Shown piece by piece: positions 9,101 to 19,524 of a stretch of 64,000 nt of DNA; position 1 is the first letter of the stretch, and every line of letters begins with the position of its first letter. The stretch lies in contig OY760937.1 in assembly GCA_963664225.1 (NCBI GenBank), positions 1,952,001 to 2,016,000 on the forward strand, given 5' to 3'. A model generated the notes under the pieces. It was not told the DNA's origin. It saw nothing but the letters and a program-made list of their open reading frames with translations, and did not search any database. The translations under genes were made by a program, and so were the position numbers. The stretch comes from Verrucomicrobiia bacterium (GTDB lineage Bacteria > Verrucomicrobiota > Verrucomicrobiia > Limisphaerales > UBA1319).

Positions 9101-9535
9101 CTAACTTTTAAGTCGCTTGGACTCTCTCTTGCCGTGTTGCTTCGGGTCAGCAAGCACCCGAGCCGTCTTCCAGAATCGGAACTCTCGATAGACTGTCTCG
9201 CACTTCATATCTTTATTGGGAAAGCGGAGCTTTATGTACAACAGGTGTGGCTCGATGAGGGCTTCGACCTTATTCGTCGGAGAACTTATCCACTCCCAGC
9301 CACGGTCCGTGTGGACGTAGCTGCCTGCATCGAAAGGAGGCGGGTCCACTTCAAGCCAGTAGAGTATTCGGCCTCCGGCAAACTGTACAAAATTGTGCGA
9401 AACTGCTCCCACGTCGGCGAATTCCTGAGGCACTTGATAAATTCCCGTGACTGGTCCAGCCGCGAACCATGCGCCGACGAACGCAATCCCGAACGCACAC
9501 ATGCTGCCAACTAGTATCTTATAGCGCTGCTTCAT
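9101..9535 (-). CDS. Cassette-like gene, hypothetical exported or membrane protein
   Basis: 144 aa, N-terminal hydrophobic helix; stop lies in a GTTAG motif. Confidence 0.7.
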   Translation of the reverse strand: MKQRYKILVGSMCAFGIAFVGAWFAAGPVTGIYQVPQEFADVGAVSHNFVQFAGGRILYWLEVDPPPFDAGSYVHTDRGWEWISSPTNKVEALIEPHLLYIKLRFPNKDMKCETVYREFRFWKTARVLADPKQHGKRESKRLKS

Positions 9536-9583
9536 AAGAATATGGTGGTCGGCGGCCTTGACGTCCGCGATGAGGGGCGGCGG

Positions 9584-9648
9584 GCCGGTGGCATTCGGAT
9601 TGCAACTGAGACGTCATCGTGGGATTCGCTGCAGCCTGATTGCTAAGT
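9584..9648 (-). mobile_element. Degenerate, truncated attC-like site
   Basis: ACTTAGC-AATCAGGCTGCAGCGAATCCC...CAGTTGCAATCCGAA resembles the left arms of the attCs at 6335 and 6760. Confidence 0.45.
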
Positions 9649-10077
9649 GCCTTCTTCATTGTGGTGAACCGGAATCGTCACTACCTCGAATTCTTGTCCG
9701 TCTTTGCTGAAGGTGAAGATCCAGCCGGTCTGCTTGAAATCCTGCACCTCACAGGTCACGGAGTAAATCAGATCATCCGAGCCTGCCTTGAGGCTCATTC
9801 GTGCTTTTGTCGCGGCCTGTTCGAGTTTCTTCCGCTCTTTGGGTGTGAGGAGGCCAATGCCTTCGTCTTCAAGGCATGCCTCGTCGTGTGCAACACCACT
9901 GCCTAACGACGGATCAAATGGATGTCTGTTCGTGACGAAAATATGAGGACGCTCCAAGCCCCAATTCTCGTATTCCTCTTTCGACTCAGCGACCACCTGC
10001 ACGTAGCCGACGCACTGACCCTCATTCCACCAGACCAGATCGCCAAGTCGAATCGTTGAGCCATCGGGGTATCTCAT
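9643..10077 (-). CDS. Cassette gene, hypothetical protein
   Basis: 144 aa, MRYPDGSTIRLGDLVWW...; directly follows attI-like copy 4. Confidence 0.75.
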   Translation of the reverse strand: MRYPDGSTIRLGDLVWWNEGQCVGYVQVVAESKEEYENWGLERPHIFVTNRHPFDPSLGSGVAHDEACLEDEGIGLLTPKERKKLEQAATKARMSLKAGSDDLIYSVTCEVQDFKQTGWIFTFSKDGQEFEVVTIPVHHNEEGT

Positions 10078-10184
10078 GCCCTCTGATAATGCGACGAGCG
10101 GTCCGGATTTTGGACCGGATAGAATCCATTTTTAATTCGTCGCATGTACTGGATTTAGACCCTTTTCCACTGATGGTCAACATC
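10078..10184 (-). repeat. attI-like site, copy 4 (core shortened by 3 bp)
   Basis: Ends CGCATTATCAGAGGGC instead of ...ATCAAAGTTRGGC. Confidence 0.7.
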
Positions 10185-10389
10185 AGAGGTTCGGCCCGCT
10201 GGCTTACCGGTGCGGCAGCGTGGGAAATGGCTGAGGGCTGAGGGAGAAAGCACGGAGGAGGTTGAGGGTTCAGACCACCTCTCCAGGAGGAGGAACAGCG
10301 TTTGCGCGGCACTTGAAGATTTGGACGGCGCGAATGATATCGCCGCGTGGGGTTGGCATTGGCAGATATATACATGGCTGGGCAGGATG

Positions 10390-12558
10390 GGGATGCGGAA
10401 TTTGATTCAACGCCTACAGAGTTGGGATTTCCTGGGGGACGGGGACCCCGGGTAGCCCTCGGCGGGCAACCTGGGGCTGAATGATTTAATCCCTTCGGGA
10501 TAATGAGGTGACACCCGGGGTAGCATTTCCATGGCAACCCGAGTGTGAATGATTGCAGCCCGTTCCGGGTTGGCCGGAGGATGGGCGGCAAGGGGGAATG
10601 CAGGAGGGATTTTGAGTTTCGAAGGGTTGCGCGAGTTCAAATGCATCTGCGATACGGTGACCGAACCGGCTGAAGCCGGGACTCCATACCGAGGGACGCC
10701 GGGTCGGGGGACACGGCCTACAAGTTGATGCGGCGGATAATATGATGATCTGACTGGCTGAAGCAGGGTGCAGACCTGATCATTTAAGCACGATTGAGGA
10801 GGATCAACGATTGCAGATTGGAAATCTGCGATACAGCAGACAGGATGTCTGCGCTACGGCTGGAAGGCTGCGAATGCTACAAGCCGCTCGATTTCATAGC
10901 GGTCCACGCAGGCTGAAGCCGGGACTCCATACCGAGGGACGCCAGGGTGAGCCGGAAGGGTGGAAACCGCTAATCCTCGGTAATTGACGCTAATAAAATG
11001 GAATTTAAGGTTCGCGCGAAGTAGTGAATAAGACAAAAAGTCAGGACGGGATGGGTTTTAACCGATGAGCAGCGATACCCGCCAACTGGTTTATCGGAGG
11101 CGTTAAGCCGACTAAAAGTCGGCGCTCCGCCGTGGGTGTTTCAACCGTCGTCACGCTATGGGCCTTTGCGTGTGGCGGAAACGAAAGGGGGAATGGACGG
11201 GATTGGGGGATGCGGAATTTGATTCAACGCCTACAGCGTTGGGATTTCTCTGGGGGGGGCGAGCACCCCGGGTAGCCCTCGGCGGGCAACCCGGGGCTGA
11301 ATGATTTAATCCCTTCGAGATAATGAGGTGCCACCCGGGGTAGCATTTCCACGGCAACGTGGGCTGAATGATTGCAGTGCGTTCCGCATAGCCCGGAGGA
11401 TGGGCGGCAAGGTGCAGTGCAGGGGGGATTTTGAGTTTCGAAGGGTTGCGCGAGTTCAAATGCCTCTGCGATACGGTGACCGAACCGGCTGAAGCCGGGA
11501 CTCCATACCGAGGGACGCCGGGTCGGGGGACACGACCTACAAGTTGATGCGGCGGATAATATGATGATCTGACTGGCTGAAGCAGGGTGCAGACCTGATC
11601 ATTTAAGCACGATTGAGGAGGATCAACGATTGCAGATTGGAAATCTGCGATACAGCAGACAGGATGTCTGCGCTACGGCTGGAAGGCTGCGAATGCTACA
11701 AGCCGCTCGATTTCATAGCGGTCCACGCAGGCTGGAGCCGGGACTCAATACCGAGGGACGCCAGGGTGAGCCGGAAGGGTGGAAACCGCTAATCCTCGGT
11801 AATTGACGCTAATAAAATGGAATTTAAGGTTCGCGCGAAGTAGTGAATAAGACAAAAAGTCAGGACGGGATGGGTTTTAACCGATGAGCAGCGATACCCG
11901 CCAACTGGTTTATCGGAGGCGTTAAGCCGACTAAAAGTCGGCGCTCCGCCATGGGTGTTTCAACCGTCGTCACGCTACGGGCCATTGCGTGTGGAGGAAA
12001 CGAAAGGGGGAATGGACGGGATTGGGGGATGGGATTTGATTCAACGCCTACAGCGTTGGGATTTCCTAGGGGACGGGGACCCCGGGTGGCTCGTGCCTCG
12101 CGACCCGGGGCTGAATGATTTAATCCCTTCGGGATAATGAGGTGCCACCCGGGGTAGCATTTCCACGGCAACCCGGGTGTGAATGATTGCAGCCCGTTCC
12201 GGGTTGGCCGGAGGATGGGCGGCAAGGGGGAATGCAGGAGGGATTTTGAGTTTCGAAGGGTTGCGCGAGTTCAAATGCATCTGCGATACGGTGACCGAAC
12301 CGGCTGAAGCCGGGACTCCATACCGAGGGACGCCGGGTCGGGGGACACGGCCTACAAGTTGATGCGGCGGATAATATGATGATCTGACTGGCTGAAGCAG
12401 GGTGCAGACCTGATCATTTAAGCACGATTGAGGAGGATCAACGATTGCAGATTGGAAATCTGCGATACAGCAGACAGGATGTCTGCGCTACGGCTGGAAG
12501 GCTGCGAATGCTACAAGCCGCTCGATTTCATAGCGGTCCACGCAGGCTGAAGCCGGGA
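10390..12558. repeat. Tandem array of a ~817-bp non-coding REP-mosaic unit (~2.7 copies)
   Basis: GATTCAACGCCTACAG at 10404, 11221, 12038; units contain several palindromic REP-like motifs. Confidence 0.92.
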
Positions 12559-13491
<933 letters not shown>

Positions 13492-13545
13492 TTTACGACT
13501 GAATGCTTGGAGGTTGGGAAATGGCACAGGTTTGTTGTCCCCGGT

Positions 13546-14703
13546 TTAGCGGCGCGGCTTGAACCAGTCCGGCTCTTTGTTGCTCAAACCGTTTGTCGTG
13601 AGCATGAAGAAGTCGGCTTCGGTGCCTTGATCCAGAACCAGATTTGCGGCCCGGTCCACCTTGACCACGCAGATGTTCCAACCCTTGGCATACACGCCAT
13701 GGATTTCCGCCGCCGCCTGATGGGTTCCGGGCTTGGAGGGGTCACCGCCGCTGTCGGGTCCGCGGCTCAAGGCCAGGAACTGACCATCGGGCGACCAGTC
13801 CACATGATAGATCTTGTTGTGCTCGTCCTTGATTTTCACGCTCCAATTGCCCACCGCCGGTTCGGCCGCTTCGAGATCGATGGGTGCGGCGGCAATATCC
13901 TGGTCCTCGGCTCCCCACGCCACCATCTTTCCATCCGGGCTGAAGCAGGGACGGCAGCCGGGGATCTTCAGGTTGATGATTTTGTTCCCATGGGCCTCGA
14001 TGAGCACGATGGCATGTTCAAATCCCATTCCCGCGTGGACGGTTGAGACGATCCATTTGCCGTTCGAGGACCAATTGGGGTTGTAAAGATGATGCAGGTT
14101 GGTGCTGTTCACGTGCGGCGTGATTTTGCCGGTGGACAGGTCATAGAAATTCATCCCCTTGGTGGAAAAATCAATGATGTCGAACTTGGAAAATTCCTGC
14201 GGCAAAAAGCCGATGATCTTGCCGTCCGGGCTCCAGAAAGGCTCGCGGGCGTGATCGGCTATTGTCTTCCGGTTCTTGCCATCCACATCCATCAGGCAAA
14301 CGCTGCGCACGGTCTCCCGGCCTTCGCCAACGTCCGATACGAAGCAAATCCTGGAGCCGTCCGGCGAAACCTGCGGGTAGTGCTCCTGCTCGTTTGGCGT
14401 CTGCGTCAGATTCGTTGGATCGGAGCCGTCGCCATTCATGACGAAAATGTCCGAGCTATTCCCGACATAGCTTTCGTAGGCGATCTTGAACCCGAGAGGC
14501 CGCACCAGTTCGCGCACCGGGGTTTGCGCCGCCGCCGACGCGGTCGCCAGGGCCAGCACAACCGGGATCAACTGGAGATAGGCCGAACACGATGGCCGCG
14601 AGGAGTGGTTGCTTTTGGAGATGCTTTTGGGAAAGCATTTCATGACACCGCTGTTGGTGACGAACGCCAAAAGCGTCGTCCATTTGAATGTCTTCGCTTG
14701 CAT
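13546..14703 (-). CDS. TolB-like / PD40 beta-propeller periplasmic protein
   Basis: Repeated SPDG motifs (PQVSPDG, PFWSPDG, PCFSPDG, DWSPDG); C-terminal EPDW. Confidence 0.85.
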   Translation of the reverse strand: MQAKTFKWTTLLAFVTNSGVMKCFPKSISKSNHSSRPSCSAYLQLIPVVLALATASAAAQTPVRELVRPLGFKIAYESYVGNSSDIFVMNGDGSDPTNLTQTPNEQEHYPQVSPDGSRICFVSDVGEGRETVRSVCLMDVDGKNRKTIADHAREPFWSPDGKIIGFLPQEFSKFDIIDFSTKGMNFYDLSTGKITPHVNSTNLHHLYNPNWSSNGKWIVSTVHAGMGFEHAIVLIEAHGNKIINLKIPGCRPCFSPDGKMVAWGAEDQDIAAAPIDLEAAEPAVGNWSVKIKDEHNKIYHVDWSPDGQFLALSRGPDSGGDPSKPGTHQAAAEIHGVYAKGWNICVVKVDRAANLVLDQGTEADFFMLTTNGLSNKEPDWFKPRR

Positions 14704-14996
14704 TGGTTTTGGCCAATCTACACACGTGGGGGAAGAGAAATCAACATGGATGATCAGGATGAGAGAGGAAATGGATAATGGACAATTGAGAATGGACCGA
14801 AAAAGAAGACGAACAACAGATGGGGATAAGCATGGGCGGACATGGAAAGACAGGATTTACGGGATGGGGAGTGGATAAGCAGGGGAATCCGCAGATGGCG
14901 CTGAGAAACGCAGATTTTAAACCGCGAAGGAACGGGAATGAACGCGAAAAATATGAGTTTTTTAAGAAAAGGATATCATCCAACCCCAGCGCAAGA

Positions 14997-16049
14997 CTAT
15001 CGACTGGAGGCATCATAAGCCGCTCCATTGGCATCAAGACGGCGCCAGACCGTGTCCTTGTCGGGATTCGACAAAATACCGTACCGATGGGGTCTTCGAT
15101 AGGCGTTGCCCCAAATGGTTCTGGCGCGCGTGGCGCGGAGTCTCCCAAGATCGAAACGCGCCAGAAATATGCCACTGGCCTGGCCCGCGCGAACAAGGCA
15201 TTTGCCGTCTGGATCGTAAGCCGTGGAATTGCCGTTCTGATACGGCTCGGGATAATTGGCCAAGGCTGTTCCCACGCAATTCTCCCAGGCGCGGATTTTA
15301 AACTGATCGATGTGCAATTCACCCAGGCCGCATGCATTGGGCGTGAGAATGATTTCCGCCCCTTTTAACATGAGAATCCGGGCGCTTTCCGGCTGTTCGC
15401 GGTCAAAGCAAATCATGGCTCCGACCTTCACGATTCCGGCCCTGGCATCCAGGTCTCCCACGAAGAATGCATCGCCCGGCTGGGTGGCCGCCTCCATGGG
15501 AATAAAATCACAGGTGTGGACTTTCGCGTAGGTAAAGACCTCGCGGCCATGGCGGTCAAAAAGCGTGATGGCATTCCGGGGCGCCGGCGCGAACGCTTGC
15601 AGATAAGTGACGCCGATGGCCATGTCGAGTTCTTTGGCCAGGGCACTGAAATGCTGAATCTCCGGTCCATCCTTGCGCAGGGCTTTCGCCGCAAAGGCCT
15701 CGCGCGCTCCAGGCTTTTGCGCCTCAAAGCCAGAGTAGCCGATGCTCCACATCTCCGGCATCAAGGCCGCGTCAGCCCCCTGCGCCGCCGCCTGACGGCA
15801 GTATTGTTCCGCAATGGCGAGGTTTGTGGTCACGTTGTCCTTGTCAGGCTGCATTTGAAGGAGCGCCACGGTGAATGACAGGTTGGTTTCCCCGGCCAGC
15901 GCGGGGGCGTGGAAATCCGCAACAATCGCGCATGCGACAAGCACCATCGCGGCCCATGTTCGACGGCATCGTGTTGAAAAGTGCCTTGCCTGTGAGGTAT
16001 GGAATGCTGTGACGCCAGGGTCACCCGCAGGGACAAGTGAGTTGCTCAT
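14997..16049 (-). CDS. Carbon-nitrogen hydrolase (nitrilase superfamily)
   Basis: E-K-C triad motifs PEMW, YAKVH, ICFDRE; start uncertain (ORF extends to 16124). Confidence 0.9.
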   Translation of the reverse strand: MSNSLVPAGDPGVTAFHTSQARHFSTRCRRTWAAMVLVACAIVADFHAPALAGETNLSFTVALLQMQPDKDNVTTNLAIAEQYCRQAAAQGADAALMPEMWSIGYSGFEAQKPGAREAFAAKALRKDGPEIQHFSALAKELDMAIGVTYLQAFAPAPRNAITLFDRHGREVFTYAKVHTCDFIPMEAATQPGDAFFVGDLDARAGIVKVGAMICFDREQPESARILMLKGAEIILTPNACGLGELHIDQFKIRAWENCVGTALANYPEPYQNGNSTAYDPDGKCLVRAGQASGIFLARFDLGRLRATRARTIWGNAYRRPHRYGILSNPDKDTVWRRLDANGAAYDASSR

Positions 16050-16149
16050 GCTGGTGAAGGATTTTAAGAGGCGCTGGGGCGTTGTCCAGCGAGTTGTGGG
16101 CCGCGGGTGCAGGGCAAAACTCAAAACTGCGGGAAGCTCCGGCCCGGGT

Positions 16150-19100
16150 CTATGGCTTTATGTCCGCCTTGAGATGGAGGGTCCAGTCGTTTGAGTCAGG
16201 CGCCCGGAATTCAGCGGAATTGCTTCGAGCGACCATGAACGGTTCGCCAAGGGTGCCATTGCGCGGGTTAAACCATCGGGCGGTTAACCGTCCATTCGCC
16301 GCGCCCAGGTCCACAGTCAATTTACCGCCGTGCGGCAGGTAAACGACATAGTCCTGACCGGGTTCCGCCAACGCGACGGCGGATTCGCCGGTGACTGCGT
16401 CAAAGGGCTGCATCCGCCAGAAAGGCAGCGTGTTGAAAAAATCATAAAGGGCGGCTAGTTGTGCGGCGGCCCCTTCGTCCCGGACCGCGAATGTGTAGCG
16501 ATTGGGCGCATCGATGCGGTTCCAGGCGTCGCTGTGGCCAATGGTGCCGTTGAAGCCGGCGGCGAAGTAACCGCCCGCGCAGACGATTCGCCAGGAGGAG
16601 CGGCGCACTTTGTCGGTGTGATGGACCTGGTTCCTTTCGGTGGGATGTCCACGAAGGTATTCGTAACCGCTCTCTGTATTGAGCACCGGTTTGTGGAAGC
16701 GGCGGTCGGCACGCAGGCTGGCGACCAGATCAGGGTCATCCCCCACCCAGCACTTTTGCTGATCGTCCCACGTGACTCCTTTGCCCGACTGGCCCGTCTG
16801 CTGCGATAACACATCCATGGCGTCGTCTTCGCCAAAGAACCCGCCGATGCGCCATGGCAGATCCAGGGGATCGCGCGGACTTGTGCCGTGCGTGCTGGAC
16901 GAGATGACCGGGTGGACGGTGACGGGGTGGCGATAGGGGTCCAGTTGCTTGATGAAGCGCGCGGTGGACCTGGCCCATTCGATGTCGCCCGGACGGTCCA
17001 GGCGATAACGACCATCGGGGTGGGTTTCGTATTCGTTGGCGAGAGTCCAGAGAAAGACATTGTTGAAGGCGCTGTAGCGAGACAGGACGTATCGCAGCCA
17101 AAGGCGTTCGCGAGCGGGGGTCCATAGCTTTGTGTCTGTGAAGGGCGGGCGATAGAAATTGAGCAGGAGCAACTCGACGTTCATCCCGCGCGCCTGCAGG
17201 TCCGTGAATAGTGCGTCCAGTCCGCGGAAGAAAGCCGGATTCAAGCGATCCAGGTCAGGTTGCGCCGGCGTGCCACCCCAGGCCCAAAATGCGGGGTCCG
17301 CAGCCGCACGCGCGTCGCTATGGCCCACGCTCATCCGTACGAAGTTGAAGCGCTGGCGACGGCGTGTCTCCAGATACTCGCGACGCAAGGCGGGCGTGAT
17401 GGGGCCATCATCGTATAGCCCGTAGCAGGTGTCTCCCATTGGAAAAAACGGCGTGCCATCCATCCAGGCGAAGGCGTATGGATTCTGCGGATGCACGCGG
17501 ATGAAGCCGTGGCCGCGAGGCGCGGTGCATTTGAACCGGCCTTCATGAAAAATGGCGACGGACCTGCCCGACAACTTGTAACGCCACTCGCCTTCCTCGT
17601 TGGGCGCGAAACGCAGGCGCCAGGTTTCCTGCCCATCGTAAAAGCCTTCCATGCGCGAGGTTTTCCCCGAGGGCGATGTGAATTCGGCTGTCAGAGCGGC
17701 ATCGAGGAAGGGGTTGTCCACCTCAGCCCGCCCGTGCAAAGTGAATTCGCGCATCTCCCACAGGGGTGTCTCCATTAGCGCGGTGTCACCCTGCGTTGTT
17801 GCGGTGGTTGCGGCGCGGCGCGGTTCGGTCAGCCCCGAAGGTTTCGCGGGCGGCCCCAACTGTTTGTCGGAAAAGTCGAGAAAGGTCTTCCAGTCTTCCC
17901 GTGTCAGCGAATGGGCGCCCGGCCGGATAAAGAATCCCAGGGCGCCATCGATCAGCCTGCCATCGGGTGGAAGTTCAGTGGCCGTAAAATCTCCAGCGCC
18001 CAATAGCCGATAGACCGGGGCCGCCTGTCGCAACACCTCAAACTGTCCTTCCGGGTTGATCCAGGTATCCAGGCGCCCGTTACTCAAGAGCACCGGACGC
18101 GGCGCACACAGAGCCACCAGGCAATGCTGATCGAATGGCAGCCGGTCAGGACGGTCATTGAACTCCTTGAAACGCGCGTTGAACCAGTGGGGGAACTGAT
18201 CGTTGATATTCCTGACTGTTTCCACCCGCATGGGAGTCGTCCAGCGGCTGGGGGCCGAACCGCCGCAGCCAGCCTGATGGGGAATCGCCAGCGCGATGCG
18301 TTCATCGAATGCGGCGGCCAGAAGCGCGGCCTTGCCCATGCGCGAATGGCCGGTGACGATAATCCGGTTGCGGTCGAGATCCGTGGTGGTCACAAGGTAA
18401 TCAACCGCCCTGCTCAATCCCCAGGCCCAGGCGGCGATTGTCCCGAAGTCGCAATTCGGATTCTGTTTGCGAAAGTACGTTTGAATGCCCCGCACGTCAG
18501 GCCGGTCGGGATCGATGTCGCCATTATAAAACGTGGCCAGGGCGTAGCCGCGATCAATCAAGTCCTCGATGCGCCAGATATCGACCCAGGTGCCGCGACT
18601 GGCTTCGGTGGCGTGGTTGTTCACGACGCCTTCGCCCCGTTCCGGCATCCAGTTCGTGGAAAGGCACACCGCCGGATCCCGCACCAGGGTATGGTTGCCA
18701 AAGTAGTTCAACGCGAGAATGACCGGCGCCGGCATTTGCCGATTGTTCGGAACAACCAGCATCAAGTGAATGGGGAGCAGTTCGGGCGGCCCAAAGGTGA
18801 TGGTCGCCTCCCTGATGGTGGCCTTGCCTCCCAATGCATTGCGGTCTTCGCGCTCGATTTTGCCGACCACCTCCCTGGGCCGCGGAGGAAGCATCCCATA
18901 CATGTAGTGCTGGAACAGGGCGAGAAGCTCGGGGCGGCGCTCATTGAACCATTGGTCCCGCGTGGTGACGCGCTGGCCGTTCAACATGACCAGGGGGTCG
19001 GGGAAACCAACTTGCGACGGAAGCGCTGAGACTGGGGGAAACACTTCGGCAGCGGCGATGGATGGTGTGAATATCAGGGAGATGGAAATGAAGACAAAAA

Positions 19101-19158
19101 CTGAGACCTTCGCGACAACACTTGCGAATCCATGCATGGCGGCGTTTTGGTTTGGCAT
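16150..19158 (-). CDS. Fusion: CE15 glucuronoyl-esterase-like domain plus DUF5060/DUF4038 glycoside-hydrolase-like module
   Basis: AWAWG, GHSRMGKA, LPFDQH (CE15-like); then GFYDGQETWRLRFAP, DGTPFFPMGDT, LANEYE, ARWFNPRNG...DWTL. Confidence 0.82.
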   Translation of the reverse strand: MPNQNAAMHGFASVVAKVSVFVFISISLIFTPSIAAAEVFPPVSALPSQVGFPDPLVMLNGQRVTTRDQWFNERRPELLALFQHYMYGMLPPRPREVVGKIEREDRNALGGKATIREATITFGPPELLPIHLMLVVPNNRQMPAPVILALNYFGNHTLVRDPAVCLSTNWMPERGEGVVNNHATEASRGTWVDIWRIEDLIDRGYALATFYNGDIDPDRPDVRGIQTYFRKQNPNCDFGTIAAWAWGLSRAVDYLVTTTDLDRNRIIVTGHSRMGKAALLAAAFDERIALAIPHQAGCGGSAPSRWTTPMRVETVRNINDQFPHWFNARFKEFNDRPDRLPFDQHCLVALCAPRPVLLSNGRLDTWINPEGQFEVLRQAAPVYRLLGAGDFTATELPPDGRLIDGALGFFIRPGAHSLTREDWKTFLDFSDKQLGPPAKPSGLTEPRRAATTATTQGDTALMETPLWEMREFTLHGRAEVDNPFLDAALTAEFTSPSGKTSRMEGFYDGQETWRLRFAPNEEGEWRYKLSGRSVAIFHEGRFKCTAPRGHGFIRVHPQNPYAFAWMDGTPFFPMGDTCYGLYDDGPITPALRREYLETRRRQRFNFVRMSVGHSDARAAADPAFWAWGGTPAQPDLDRLNPAFFRGLDALFTDLQARGMNVELLLLNFYRPPFTDTKLWTPARERLWLRYVLSRYSAFNNVFLWTLANEYETHPDGRYRLDRPGDIEWARSTARFIKQLDPYRHPVTVHPVISSSTHGTSPRDPLDLPWRIGGFFGEDDAMDVLSQQTGQSGKGVTWDDQQKCWVGDDPDLVASLRADRRFHKPVLNTESGYEYLRGHPTERNQVHHTDKVRRSSWRIVCAGGYFAAGFNGTIGHSDAWNRIDAPNRYTFAVRDEGAAAQLAALYDFFNTLPFWRMQPFDAVTGESAVALAEPGQDYVVYLPHGGKLTVDLGAANGRLTARWFNPRNGTLGEPFMVARSNSAEFRAPDSNDWTLHLKADIKP

Positions 19159-19524
19159 AGCTTTTTCGGGGTGACGGTTTGTTTGACGCATTCGGGTTGC
19201 CACTGATTCAGTCGGTCTCCTGGAACCCTTCACCAAACGCCGGATTAGATTGTCTTTTGCAATCAATATCTCGCGCGTCTGTCTTCATTTTTGCCTTGGG
19301 ATATGCGGAACGACCGGTGTCATTTCGGGATTCCATTCAGTTCCAATGGATCGGGATGAATGGAGAATAGCCTGACAAATCGCCAGTTATCAATGAAATT
19401 AATGTCCGTAATCGAGCAAGGGGTGCAGGAGGGTCCGCAGGCTGCCTGGTTGAGAACTAACCCGTGCGGGCCGCGGACTTTCCTGATATTGTTTCGTTTC
19501 GTCCACGTTGAGACGAGTACGAGT

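Noticed and set aside
5631..10184. 110-bp repeat as a CRISPR repeat, IS end or coding fragment
   Set aside because: It is too long and is separated by whole genes, with no terminal inverted repeats or transposase. ORFs crossing it (7808-8386, 10022-10591) are translations of repeat DNA.
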